Shown here: piece by piece, positions 10,645 to 21,746 of the stretch
Layout: each line of letters opens with the position of its first letter
How positions within the stretch are numbered: the stretch's first letter is position 1
NCBI RefSeq assembly: GCF_041146345.1
Contig: NW_027191419.1
Coordinates: forward strand, 310,001 to 374,000
Direction of reading: 5' to 3'
From: Neodothiora populina
Taxonomy: Eukaryota
DNA: 64,000 nucleotides
Made by a program: the position numbers and the translations under genes
Notes under the pieces: model-generated
The model's input: the letters and a program-made list of their open reading frames with translations, nothing else
What the model was told of the DNA's origin: nothing
Database searches by the model: none

Positions 10645-12099
10645 GGACAAAAAGGGGGTTGGTATACTATGTACAGTGAAGCGATGGACCTATGTCGAAC
10701 GTGCTCGAGTGGTGGAATTGATATTATAATATTAAGAGTCTCCCTGGTGTCTGTACAGAGCGGTGCCGTTGATTGATGAGCGAAAGGTGGCACACAAGTC
10801 AAGTAATGATGTTTAGTTGTGGAAAAGGACAGCTGCCGACGAATATAATTTGATCCGATGTGATGACGAAGAAATAATAATAACTTTTGGACAAAACAAA
10901 CTCGAATGGAAAAAAGAGACTCCAGAGCCACTGCTACTCGAACCAATTATCACAATTTTTTTTGGCCTCAACAAGGAAAAGATGCAAAGAAGATAGATGC
11001 GGAAGGATCGAAAACGAAGAAAGCGAACGGCCAAAACGTTCAAAGGAAACAGACGAAACGAACTTGTGGGGTTGAAACCATTCCCTCAGATTCAGGGACT
11101 CCCTCGGTCGGCTATTGACATTAATGCCTATCTTCCCATTGTGCAATCAGAACTCGCAAGAAGGGGCAGTGTTGTGGAGATTTAGTGTCATGTTGTGATG
11201 TTGTTACTCCTGCTCATGCAAGGTACAGAGCCAGGCGTGCATATAACAACAATACCTAGATACCATAGGGTTGTACCATGCAGAGCATTGGCTGTGTACA
11301 GAACAGCCGAGTCGCTATTATTACCAACACCACTCACTACTCCTGCACAAGTGCCGAGGAAGTGCTCCGTACAGCACTGCACCTGAGATCTTATTGCCAC
11401 TGTACCCAAGTGGACAGTGCATCTGTGTACGCAACATCTAATGAGAAATTACGGTACTCCTCCGTAGAGAGTGCCGTGATGCCTGAACGTTACCTAAGGT
11501 GCCTTATCCAACTCCCCCGCAGCACGCGTACAGCACCTATTATAGTCCGTCCGTTCTGGAACTCGATTCTCAGCCTCATTATTATTACAACATACTAGTA
11601 AGTACATCAGCGCCGCAATTCCATCCGTACAGCTGCACACCTGACCATCATGCTATTCAAGCGTCACTTGCGCATGTTGTTGGCGAAGAGACGTCTTCTG
11701 GTATTTTTGTCCTTTTAAGTGTAAAATACAGCATCAGAGAAAGTGATCGCTTGCCGCCCCTTCTTACCCCTTCGTCGCTGCTTTTCCCAAAACGAAACCC
11801 CCCCCCCCAAGAAAAATTCAAAACCCAGAAGCCCTTTCGCTCAGACACCCTCTAATTACGCGATCTGGGTATGCTCCTTTTCCAACCCATATGTTTTGCA
11901 GTTGACGCCACCTCTCCCATATCGGCGGCTGCGGATCAGCGGCTGCACGCCATGAATTGCTGCATGTGCTGTGCCTTGGATTTACACATCGTCTTGCACG
12001 ACGCCGGAGGATTTTAGATAGTGACGAGGATGCTATCTTGCACGTCGCTTGGTCGTGAGAACACGACGCAAGCTGCATGATGCTCATGCTATAATTTCC

Positions 12100-12837
12100 T
12101 CACCACTCAAATTCTCCCGTGGCTTTATGGAAAAGATATCTGATCATCATGTTAGCGTAATTGTAAACTCCGAATGCCAATACACTTACTCTTTGCCGTT
12201 CGCCTTCAGCACGCCATCTTTCAGCACACACTTCCACTTGTTCTTGACCCGCTGCACCTTGTCATAAGTACACAGTATCGAGTCAATGTCTTCGTCATCG
12301 TCTTCTTCTTTGTTCCCTTCGTCGTCCGAGGAATCAAGATCGGAGTTGATGGCATCCTCGTCATCTTCATCTTTGAGGTCTGCGTCGCCATCGAGTTGCG
12401 GGATCTGAGTGCTCACTTCCACTGCTCTGTGCCCTGTCTGGTCCCTAGTCTGCTGTCCAATGGCTGCGTATAGCCTTGCACGTGGTCGCGCTTGCCTTTC
12501 CAAGGGCATCATCAGTCCCTGCTCCAGGCTACGAGCTAGTCTGTTCACCTCGCCTCTCATCATGTGATCGTTTCTCGCAACCTCGCTGGCGCTGACCATG
12601 CGTCTTTGCGCCATGAAGTTTTGCCATTCCTCCATAGCTTCGTCCGCTCCATCCGTCTGTGAGTAACTCAACCCGGAAGCCCCGCTGTTTTGAGGCTGCG
12701 AGTATTGGCCGTTCTCCTGACCGCCCTCGACCTTGACTTGGGGTTGCTGCTGACCCTGATATTGTTGTCTCATCTGCTGCGCGTATTGCGCTTGGCTTTG
12801 TTGCTGCGGCGGCTGCTGCTGCTGCTGTTGCTGCTGC

Positions 12838-12877
<40 letters not shown>

Positions 12878-13919
12878 GCTGCGGCTGCTGCATTTGCGGC
12901 TGAGCCTGACCAACGTGATGCGCATTCTGCCCGGGCAATTGAAGGCCTTGTGGTCTCTGAGCTCCTGGCAGCGCCACTCCCCTCTGCTGCATTGAAGCGA
13001 GAGATGCATTGGCCTGGCTACCAAACTGTGCCTGTAGAAGATGTGCAGCCCGTTGTTGGGCGAGCATATGATTGGTGCCCTGCTGTCCATAGTTTTGCGC
13101 TTGAGGGACATTTTGAAAGTGAGTATCGTTACCAGGTTCAGTCTTGATCCCTGGTGCTACTGCATGATTCACTTGCTGTCCATTCGCGGGCGCTTGCCCT
13201 GGCGTGCCCACAGCTGCGGGGACCTGTGGAGAAGCCGGCTGTGTGGACTGTGTCTGTTGTGCTGGAGGTGGTTGAGGCGTTGGCTGCGGCTTAGGATCCC
13301 ATGGCATCTGCGCGACTCCTGGTTGCGAGAGTTTGTGTTGCCATACCTGAAGACCATTAGTATGTAACAATATAGTACAGACCAACAAGCGATGAAATCA
13401 TGTGACTTGTCTTAAAGGGGACTAGCTTCGGAGAATTCGGACGACAGACGCAGAGACCAACTCGAAGGCGAAGCCGAGGACAAAAGAGGACGTGATCCCC
13501 CCAGCCGCTCCCAACCTTTAAGCCCCGCCCACGCCGCCCTGGATCGTCTCGTTCGTCTCGAGCTTTACAGCAAGTGATGCCATAAAACCAACAAACGCAT
13601 TTCTCGTACAGCAGAGGACTGTACAGCAGCAGAAGCCTCATCGAAATCGTTGTCATTCTTCCTTTATTCAAGCAGGCGCATGAAGGTCGAAAGGACGAAA
13701 TGATACTGACCTGCTGGAGCTCCTGGAGTGCCTGAGCTTGTACACCGTTCTCTTCAAAGTCGTTCTGCGATGCTTGACAGACGTCTTCGATGATTTTCTG
13801 AAAGATGTCGCCCTACATGTGAAAGTATTAGCCCAGGCCAACTCCTCGGCGTGGCGGCTTGCACAGCAGGCTGAATCGCAACATGCTCTGGGAGGACGAA
13901 CAGCAATGATGTTAGACAT
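12100..13919 (-). CDS. TOA1: Transcription initiation factor TFIIA large (alpha/beta) subunit
   Basis: Exons 13919-13902, 13812-13711, 13346-12190, 12139-12100; N-terminal IFQKIIEDVCQASQNDFEE and C-terminal QLDG, DAINSDLD, LCTYDKVQRVKNKWKC, KATGEFEW*. Confidence 0.97.
12813..12881 (-). repeat. CAA/CAG trinucleotide repeat encoding polyQ (~23 Q) in TOA1
   Basis: (TGT/TGC)n run on the + strand. Confidence 0.95.
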
Positions 13920-14525
13920 GACGGCGGTCGCTTGATCTAAATGATGGCAAGTATACAATATCCGTCCGGCAAGAGCGTAATACCGAATCGATAGAGATGT
14001 TGGTACCCTTTGCGTTCGAGGTGCTGAGGTAAGGAATGGTTGCCTTCTATCCTTCTAAGCCCGGTACGAATGTGTCGCGTGCTGCGTGCAATTCAGGTCC
14101 CTGATACTACGGCGCTCTATCGTATTCTTATTCTGGTCTCGTTATATTATTGTTATCTGATCACTCGCTGTGCTCTGATACCTCTGGCAGTCGGTTGACT
14201 GATGTGCTGAGATGCCAGCCGTGCGATGTCACGGGCGAAGTTGCAGCGTGGCGGGCAAAGTTGCAACCCCTCGGCCTGACGGAATTTATGTTTTCCCGAT
14301 CCTCCGAGATACTTGTAGATTCGAACACTCAGGCATCCACCTCAAGTGAGAAAAGAGTCAACATCTGCTCATAGTTATTGTGCATCATCGAATAGTTTTC
14401 ATCAGTATCTCAGATTTGCATCCATCAGATTTAGTCTAATCTACATATCTTGCTCGAAAAGAAGGTTGGAAAGTGAACACTTAGTATCCTAATCACTTGA
14501 ACCAGAACAATTGCTTGTGAACACT

Positions 14526-16147
14526 TCAGGACTTCTCATCTCTACCCAACAACGGATCTTCAGCTGCAGGCGGAGGAGCATAGTCTCTCCTCATTCCATG
14601 CTCAGGCTCAAGAGTTTCAGCGACCTCGTGCGTAATTGCATCTTCATAGCTCGGAGGCGCTTCACTGTAGAGCGGTGGGGCGTCCCCATTGGCTCCTCCA
14701 AGGCTGTGTGAGGCACTGTGAGAAGCACCTTGAGATGCAGTTGTGCTTGGCTTGGGTACAGGTCGACGAGTTGGTAGCGGTGGCATCCTCTCGGACGACT
14801 TGGAGTCTCTTGCGTGTGGTTGAGCTCTGTTCAGAGCTTCAAGTAAACCTTTCGGCGGCGTCACGCCAGAAAAGACTTGTACGGGCAGTCTCAAATCCGC
14901 TGTTATGAATTGCGGCTATAAGAGTTAGAGCTTGTCCTTAATGAGTAGTGATTATCCATACCTGAGAGCCCACCGATTCGTACTTGATACATGTTCTGGT
15001 AACAATCTCATACGAACGGCTAATGTTACATGCCACAAATGACGGAGGGATAGTGTTGGGTAAGACCTGGGTATGCCACATTCGACTGTCGATCTCGGCC
15101 TCATCGCTACCCTCTGGAAAGTTGATCGGAGTGCCAATATTACTCAAGCTTGCGATGATCGTACTGCTTTGCTCTGTCCGACTGATGTCATGCGCCCTCA
15201 CGACTGTTATGCTTATGAGCTCAACCTGTAGAGATTGTAGACTCATCGATTGCTTGACCCCATTTGTAGATATGATCAGTATTCTCAGTGGGAGTTCGCG
15301 CGCGCAGGTAAGAATCGCCGGTTCTGGGAGTCGCATGTCAATTGCTATCGAGGGGTGTTTCGGCGCTGCCGCTTCTTGTGCACTTTTGTCCCTTCCGAGA
15401 AAGCTCTTCATCCGAGATTTTGATGGACCTTTCTCAGCGTGACTGTTGAAAAATTCATGTCTGCGCCGCGCAAAAACTTGTGCATCCGTTACTGGCGGCC
15501 GTGGGGGTTCAATCGGACAGAAATTGAAAGGTACATATGCTCGGGCGTTCTCTTTGAAGAGACTCGGTCTGTTGACAGTGGTCTTCAAGTAATAACGAAT
15601 CTCTGCTTCTCCAGGAAAGCCTGTCAAGGTGGGCGGTAGCGTTCCTTTCACATGCTTAGGTGGGATCCTCGCGACATCTACGTTGAGTCCGCCGAACAGG
15701 CTGACTGTCGGATTCATACTTGACGAAGCCGTGCAATCGTTGTTGAATGGGAACTTGAAACGGAATGGATACTCATGTTGACCCGGGGGAAGCGTGAATG
15801 TGGTTTTGCCTGCGATGATGGTACTCTGCTTTTCTTCGAGTACATCCGGTGGAGGAAAGACTATCTGTATTTTGTATAATATCTTCCCGTTTCCATGGTC
15901 AGGAGATGACACGAGAAATATTGAGTGCTCATTGAAAATCTACCTTGTGAAACTCGAGCTGTGCTCTTTGCCGGTCACCATTGGGATTCGGCGGCGGTAA
16001 CAATCTGGTTCTACTTTCTCCTTCAAGCTTCACTACGATTGAGGAGATGTTCGTAGAACTCGGTGTTTTGACGACAACTCTCCCACTTATGATATCGAGA
16101 TTAGTGTAGTGCGAGAAATTTTGATCCAGCTCTATGTGTGCAAGCAT
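14526..16147 (-). CDS. Alpha-arrestin family protein (Arrestin_N domain, C-terminal PY motifs)
   Basis: Exons 16147-15944, 15882-14962, 14915-14526; YTNLDIISGRV, IVVKLEGESRT, LPPGQHEYPFRFK, LPPTL, EIRYYLK; PPLY and PPSY motifs. Confidence 0.88.
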
Positions 16148-16733
16148 GTCGCCGATGATCAAATTTTGTAGATGACTTCTATCACTTCTTAGCGCCTTCG
16201 TTTATTCCGCGCCCCAACCTGCGATCTGCTGTGCATTAGATGATAACTAGCAGATGTCATTTGCCGCTTTTGAGCGTGGATGGTATCAGTTGGCGGAGGT
16301 GCCGGCCCAGCCGATTGGCCGCCAAGGACTTCATATCCCGATCCCACAGCCATCCGTCCAAGACAACCTCACCAATTTGGCATCGCAGATTTGGTCGCAA
16401 GTGTCATCTAGGATGATCCACCAAATGGAAACAGTAGTCATTCTGATATTGTATAATGGGAAAGAACTTGTTCGTTGAGGATCTATCTAACATTTACTTC
16501 TCCACGTAAGCAGTGCTACATGCTGTCGTGATACACCATCGCGTGTACTATATATGGAGTCTGATGGGTGATTCAGTGACCGCCCATGAGTGTCACTTCA
16601 TGTTTCCGTGAACAAGCATGATGAGAACGGACTCATGGTTGTACGCGTCCGCGGGTTATGCTTGGAGCATAATCAGTATGTTGTTTGAGATGTACTATGT
16701 TGTGCTGCGCAAGTGCTATCGGCTGGCTAATAC

Positions 16734-18195
16734 TTATAGCCCTTCCTTTGCGAGCATGTCTGTTGATCTTTAGCTGCAGCGCGCAAAGTGTACGATACGA
16801 TCGCCTTACCTGCAATGTCCAAGTAGAATGCAACAGCATTAAATCTAAGCGACCGTTAGTGGTATACAACAGCATCGCAGGATTGACAAGCACCTACGTT
16901 CGCTTGTTTCCCTGTGCCTCCCAAAACCACCACCTGAGTCGGTTGGTCCTGCAGCGCGTCGTATTAGTATAGTACAAGGGCAAGATGCTACAGTATTATT
17001 ACCAGTTAATCATGTCAAGGTGACTGACGTCCTTCAAAGTTCCTTTGTATGTCCCCCATCGGCTGCTTGCAACGCTGACCAAGCCATCGTTATCTCCTTC
17101 GACTCGTTGGATGATCCGGTGAGATTGTCTGAACATAGACCAGAATCTCGGATTACAAGATGCGCCGTAAGAATAATATTGGACTCCTGGCTCGTCGAGT
17201 ATCTTGGGATTGAATTCTTCTTTCATATACTTCTGTGTCAGCTGACTGAAAGCTCCGGTTTCGAACCCGACGAAGTCGAGCATTTTGTATAACTTTGGTA
17301 TATTAGTCGCTACAGCTGTTAGCGATTTAGTAAAGTAAAGTGAGATCTGGAGCCTCACGTCCGATCCAGGCGAACATGTAATCCGCGAAAGCCGATCCTG
17401 CACAAAGGTAAGTATATGCCATTGGGCACATGTAAGATATAAATGTTACCTCTGTGAGGAGTGGCAATCGAAGTCAGTGACAACACTTTGACGTTCGAGG
17501 TCTTTAGTTGAGAGATCATGTAGCGTGAGTCAAGGCCCCTCCACGACTGATTAGTTGCTTTTCGTAGGATGGACACGTAGAATGATTACCCCTAATCGAC
17601 CTTAATAAGTACACTTGGATCGATACGGAGTTGTCATACCATGCTATGCCTGCAGAGATGAATGTCAGTACCTACCTATATAGTCTTATGACTTTGGTAG
17701 ACTTACGCTATGATATTGACGCTTTTACCTTGAGCCTTTGACTCAATATCCTCTGCTAGTTTAGCGGCCCTAGCCTCTATCGAGCCAGAAGGCGGAACTG
17801 TGGCAGTAATGACCTCGATATTCTTAGCGGCAAGTGCCTCGGTGATGCCTCTCCAATAGTGAATACCACCCATGAGTTGTTTGGGCACAACGTTGAATTC
17901 ATCAAATCCCAGTAGCCCGTGGGCAAGTATTACGGGGTTCTTCGGTGTTTCTGAAATGTCAGAGCACATCATTCAGACAGTAAATAGAAGGCTCACGATA
18001 GTCATCTCGAATGACTGCGAATTGATCGCTGATTACATCACTATCCGATATGTCTTCGATTCTTGGATCGGATGCTTGGGCTTGCCTGGCGAAAGCATTG
18101 TGCAGACGTGAAACCCGGATATCTGAGCAATGTACTCGATACGGAAGGACTTTTCGACAGGCAAGACCACGCCGCACAATCCCGTTCGAGCTCAT
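16734..18195 (-). CDS. TGL2: Triacylglycerol lipase, TGL2-like (alpha/beta hydrolase)
   Basis: Multi-exon; PVILAHGLLGF, HYWRGI, IIAHSMGGLDSRY (via micro-exons), IATPHRGS, NDGLVSV, HLDMINW, FYLDIADMLAKEGL*. Confidence 0.9.
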
Positions 18196-18711
18196 GAGCG
18201 AATGGCGAAGAGGAGACAACTCAAACGAGGGAACCAGCCACGGACACTCTGCAAGTGATCAATTTGGAAACAACGATAGATCGCAGTGGTCGTTAAGAAT
18301 AACACACTCTTGGTAGGGTGGATTGGAGGATAGGTCACGGTTCGGTACCTTGATATCCATACCATGAGCCAAAACAATATAACGGTGACGTCAGGCTTCG
18401 AGCGTGCCTGAGGTACCTGGGTAAGAGTATCACTGCAATTGGGATTTGAGTGTACCGAAAAGATATGAGGCATGTGAAAGATGGATTTGGTTGGATTGTT
18501 GCATACAAGGCACTTGGATGAGCAAGGCTTAATGATGAGCTATTGTCTGGTTGGAGGTGTACCTGATCATCTACACACCGTCCTTCGTCAAAAAGAGCTC
18601 GGGGTCAGTGATTTCGGACAAGATAGCAAGCAGGAGATGTATGCTAGGGATATCTACATTTACTAGGAAGAGAAGAAGGGATCATCGTGTGAAGCAGCAA
18701 AAGCCTCGTCC

Positions 18712-19376
18712 TCAGATGACGGGTTGCGCAACTCTATCTGGAACGATTGGCTTCACATCCGTGACAGCCTTGAGCAGGTCCTCGACAACTTTCTGTCCTT
18801 GCTTTCCACCGATCTCCTTGATCTCCTTGAGCTTCTCCTCGTTCTCCTTCTCGGCGTCCTCCTCGGCTTTCTTGTTTCCGCTGGTGTGCTAGAGGAGGTC
18901 ATCAGTAATGGTCAAATGGCTGGCTGGAATGGTGCTATGTATCAACACACCTCCTTCTCAAAGCTCTTGAATTCTTCTTCCTTCTTTTGGCGGTATTCTT
19001 CAATTTCTTTCTGTGCCTCACTTCTCGCGTCCTTTACTCGTTTTGTGCGGTCTGCCACGGTCAGGATGAAGCTGCTAGCTTGGGGGATTTGAATCAGTAT
19101 GTCATACACTCGCGAGCTATAGAGTGGTCAGCATTTCAGTCACTGAATCACGAACTTGGAGACTCGGTACCTTTCTGGACAATCTTCTGGGCCTCACGCT
19201 CCGCCTGTTCACGAGAAAGTCAGCTATGATTTCGAGTTGGAAGGCACCCATGCGCCCAGCGAAGACAAGCCATACGTCGAGCAGTGTTTGTATGCCAGCC
19301 GAGTTTTGTGCAGCCTGGAGTATGAATTAGTTATCTGTGCCACATGTATCCAGATCTACCGTTATATTCCTACCAT
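18712..19376 (-). CDS. VMA10: V-type H+-ATPase subunit G
   Basis: Spliced MAAQNSAGIQTLLDAEREAQKIVQKAREYRTKRVKDARSEAQKEIEEY...; ATG-only first exon 19376-19374 and 9-nt exon 19116-19108. Confidence 0.95.
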
Positions 19377-19638
19377 CTTTGTGAATTAAGTACTTGTTAT
19401 TGTAATACAAGTTGATCCCTCAACCATCTGGAGATGTCGTGAGTGACTGCGGCCTGTGGAGTCGGCCATTCGGGGTTGATGACCGACGCCAAGCTTGGCT
19501 CTAGCTTGCTCTACGCGAGTCATGCATATCAAGCCATGGAAAACATCACGAGCATTTGGAGTCCGGGCAGTAGTATAACATTCTACTGGACCAGTCGCTC
19601 ATAGACATATTTTGTGGAATCTTTCATCAACCAGCAAA

Positions 19639-19930
19639 ATGTCCACAAAAGCTAAGCTTACACTCGCTGGCACCTCGCTAGGTGCGTTGGGAATTATTGT
19701 ATTCGTGCATTACGCACAAAAGAGCGAGAAAGCTGTAAGATCCTACTTGGCTGCTTCACCGGAGTTTTGACTGTACTAACCTTACTCAGGCTATGCATGA
19801 AGGCGTCATTCATGATATGGAGCGGCAACGACTGAAGAAAGAGAGGCAATTAGATTTTGAAATGCAGGCTGCGCTCGAAGCCGAATACCGCAAGATACAG
19901 TCCGTCTCGGACGGCCGCACGAAGACGTAG
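19639..19930 (+). CDS. PET117: Cytochrome c oxidase assembly factor Pet117
   Basis: Exons 19639-19734 and 19790-19930: MSTKAKLTLAGT...FVHYAQKSEKAAMHEGVIHDMERQRLKKERQLDFEMQAALEAEYRKIQSV. Confidence 0.92.
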
Positions 19931-20347
19931 TCCATCACCAAATCTCATTCTGCATCCGCTTTGCGTATGTGTACTCCCGAATGGTATACACCGAGAGTAT
20001 ACCTGCGCCAGCACCTCCGATGGCATCACAGCGCCTCTACACATGCTTCCCGCAAACATGTCTCGGTACACAGTGTCAGGAGAGCTCCGCTCTCGATCTA
20101 GCCATTCCTGAAGAGCTCGCCACTCTCCAGCAGTGTTGGCATTTGATGTCAAAACTACCTCAAAATCGCGAGCAAGCTCAGGGGTTGGGAGTCTATGGGG
20201 CACTTCCGAAACATCTGCAATGTCATACATGTAGTGTTCACATGAATGGACGACGGACTGCTCGGATAGAGGAAATTCACCGGCTACATACAGCACGATT
20301 GCGCACTTCCCGCACCGATATCTGCATCATCTTCTCATCCCTGGCTG

Positions 20348-20824
20348 TCAAGTCTCTTCGTCCGCCGCAAACATTTTCAAGTCGGCTAGGGATACCTTGT
20401 TGAGTGCTTTTTCGTTCGTTGCGTTTAGAAAGATCCTGTGGTTCATAAGTGTCTAGCCGACGAATTTAAAAAGTATGGATACGTACTTTGGCACGATCTT
20501 ATCTCCTTCTTTCCCTCTGGCGTCGAATGCCTCCTTCCACCGCGACACGCAGAGGCACCATTTACAGCCACCTTTGAGGCCAATGGTACGCAGGTCATTA
20601 CCTTGCTCCGCCGAAAATTTGAGAAACTCGTCTGTTACTTCAGCAGCAATGGAGTGGTTGCCAAAGTCTGATGCCGGTACATCGCAATAGCCATTGCGCA
20701 AGAACCCTGTGACGGGGCTTGTTGAATGGATAGCCAGAGGCTTCTTGAAGACTGTGGTACAACCATCAATAGACTATATCAAGCGATATGTACTTAATTG
20801 CTGACCATTCAATGATTTGGACAT
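20348..20824 (-). CDS. DUF2237 family protein
   Basis: Three exons: SLNVFKKPL...PVTGFLRNGYC...GNHSIAAEVTDEFLKFS...GNDL...GLKGGCKWCLCVSRWKEA...PKIFLNATNEKAL. Confidence 0.9.
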
Positions 20825-21746
20825 GCTTGCAGCTAGAACTCAGTGAAGACACGAATGGTAGTGATGGCAAACTGAAATATCGGGTTTAAGTTATCAGGTG
20901 GTATGAGTGTATAATAGGCGACAATATAATAGGAATATGGAGCTCGATGAAGTATCTTGACGTGGAATAACGTCAAACGATGATCGAATAGCCCTGCGAT
21001 CTAGGTAGGTACACAGTGTACCTGTAAGTAAAAGAGTGCGCGACCGATCACACGCAGTTTATTGTGACATTACCTTGAAATCCCAGGGGTACATCACTGT
21101 AGTTTACCGAATATGAGGGTGGTGCTTTAGCTCGATCTAAATCAAGCGGTCATGACGTTATAACTCTGGAGAAAGCAGCGCTTTGAATGACGGGATACAA
21201 GATACAGTAGGTACTGTGAGATACCGCGTTATCGCGACGACCCTCGCTCTCGGTCTCAAGGTTCGGTCGAGTCCAAACATGCGGGCCGGCACCGGCCAGT
21301 ACTTTGTCCACTTTGGTATTGGAGATCTGGGGCAGGTGGGGTATCGTACTTGTATTTGTACAGTAATACCACAGCTTAGTCCTGTATCACTATACTGTAC
21401 ATGTTCATCAATCATGGCTGCAATACATGAGGTTCAAGTTGTTTGATGCAGATTTAGCCTGTAACCTCTCAATGACCAGGGGCCGTAATTCCTAATCATC
21501 GATTTACACTTTACTATGAGCAAGTAGGTGTGCTACAAGTTGATCACCACTAGCTAGAGAACGGAGCTTGCCGATTGTCAACAACTTCCGCCTCGCGATG
21601 CCGTTCCAACCGGTGGGTGCGACATAAGGTATGGTCTAGATAATAATGATGCGTTTTCCTTCTGATTGCCTATTTGCCGATAATGCCTTAATATGAATAC
21701 TCCCTCCTGTCGCGACCGAGTGTTGTGTTCGCAGTCTATCGCTACA

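Noticed and set aside
9757..10650. Apparent frameshift between two overlapping minus-strand ORFs
   Set aside because: Explained by a canonical 58-nt intron (10104-10047)
11062..11120. tRNA-like T-loop (GGTTTCAACCCC) on the minus strand
   Set aside because: No cloverleaf spacing, non-canonical anticodon loop, and no proper D arm or T stem
11694..11870. Two hairpins (GTATTTT/AAAATAC and ACCCAGA/TCTGGGT) as an H/ACA RNA
   Set aside because: No ACA box after the second hairpin on either strand; stems short enough to arise by chance
19850..20403. 144-148 aa ORFs between PET117 and the DUF2237 gene
   Set aside because: No recognisable motifs, non-ATG starts, and overlap with the 3' ends of two convergent genes
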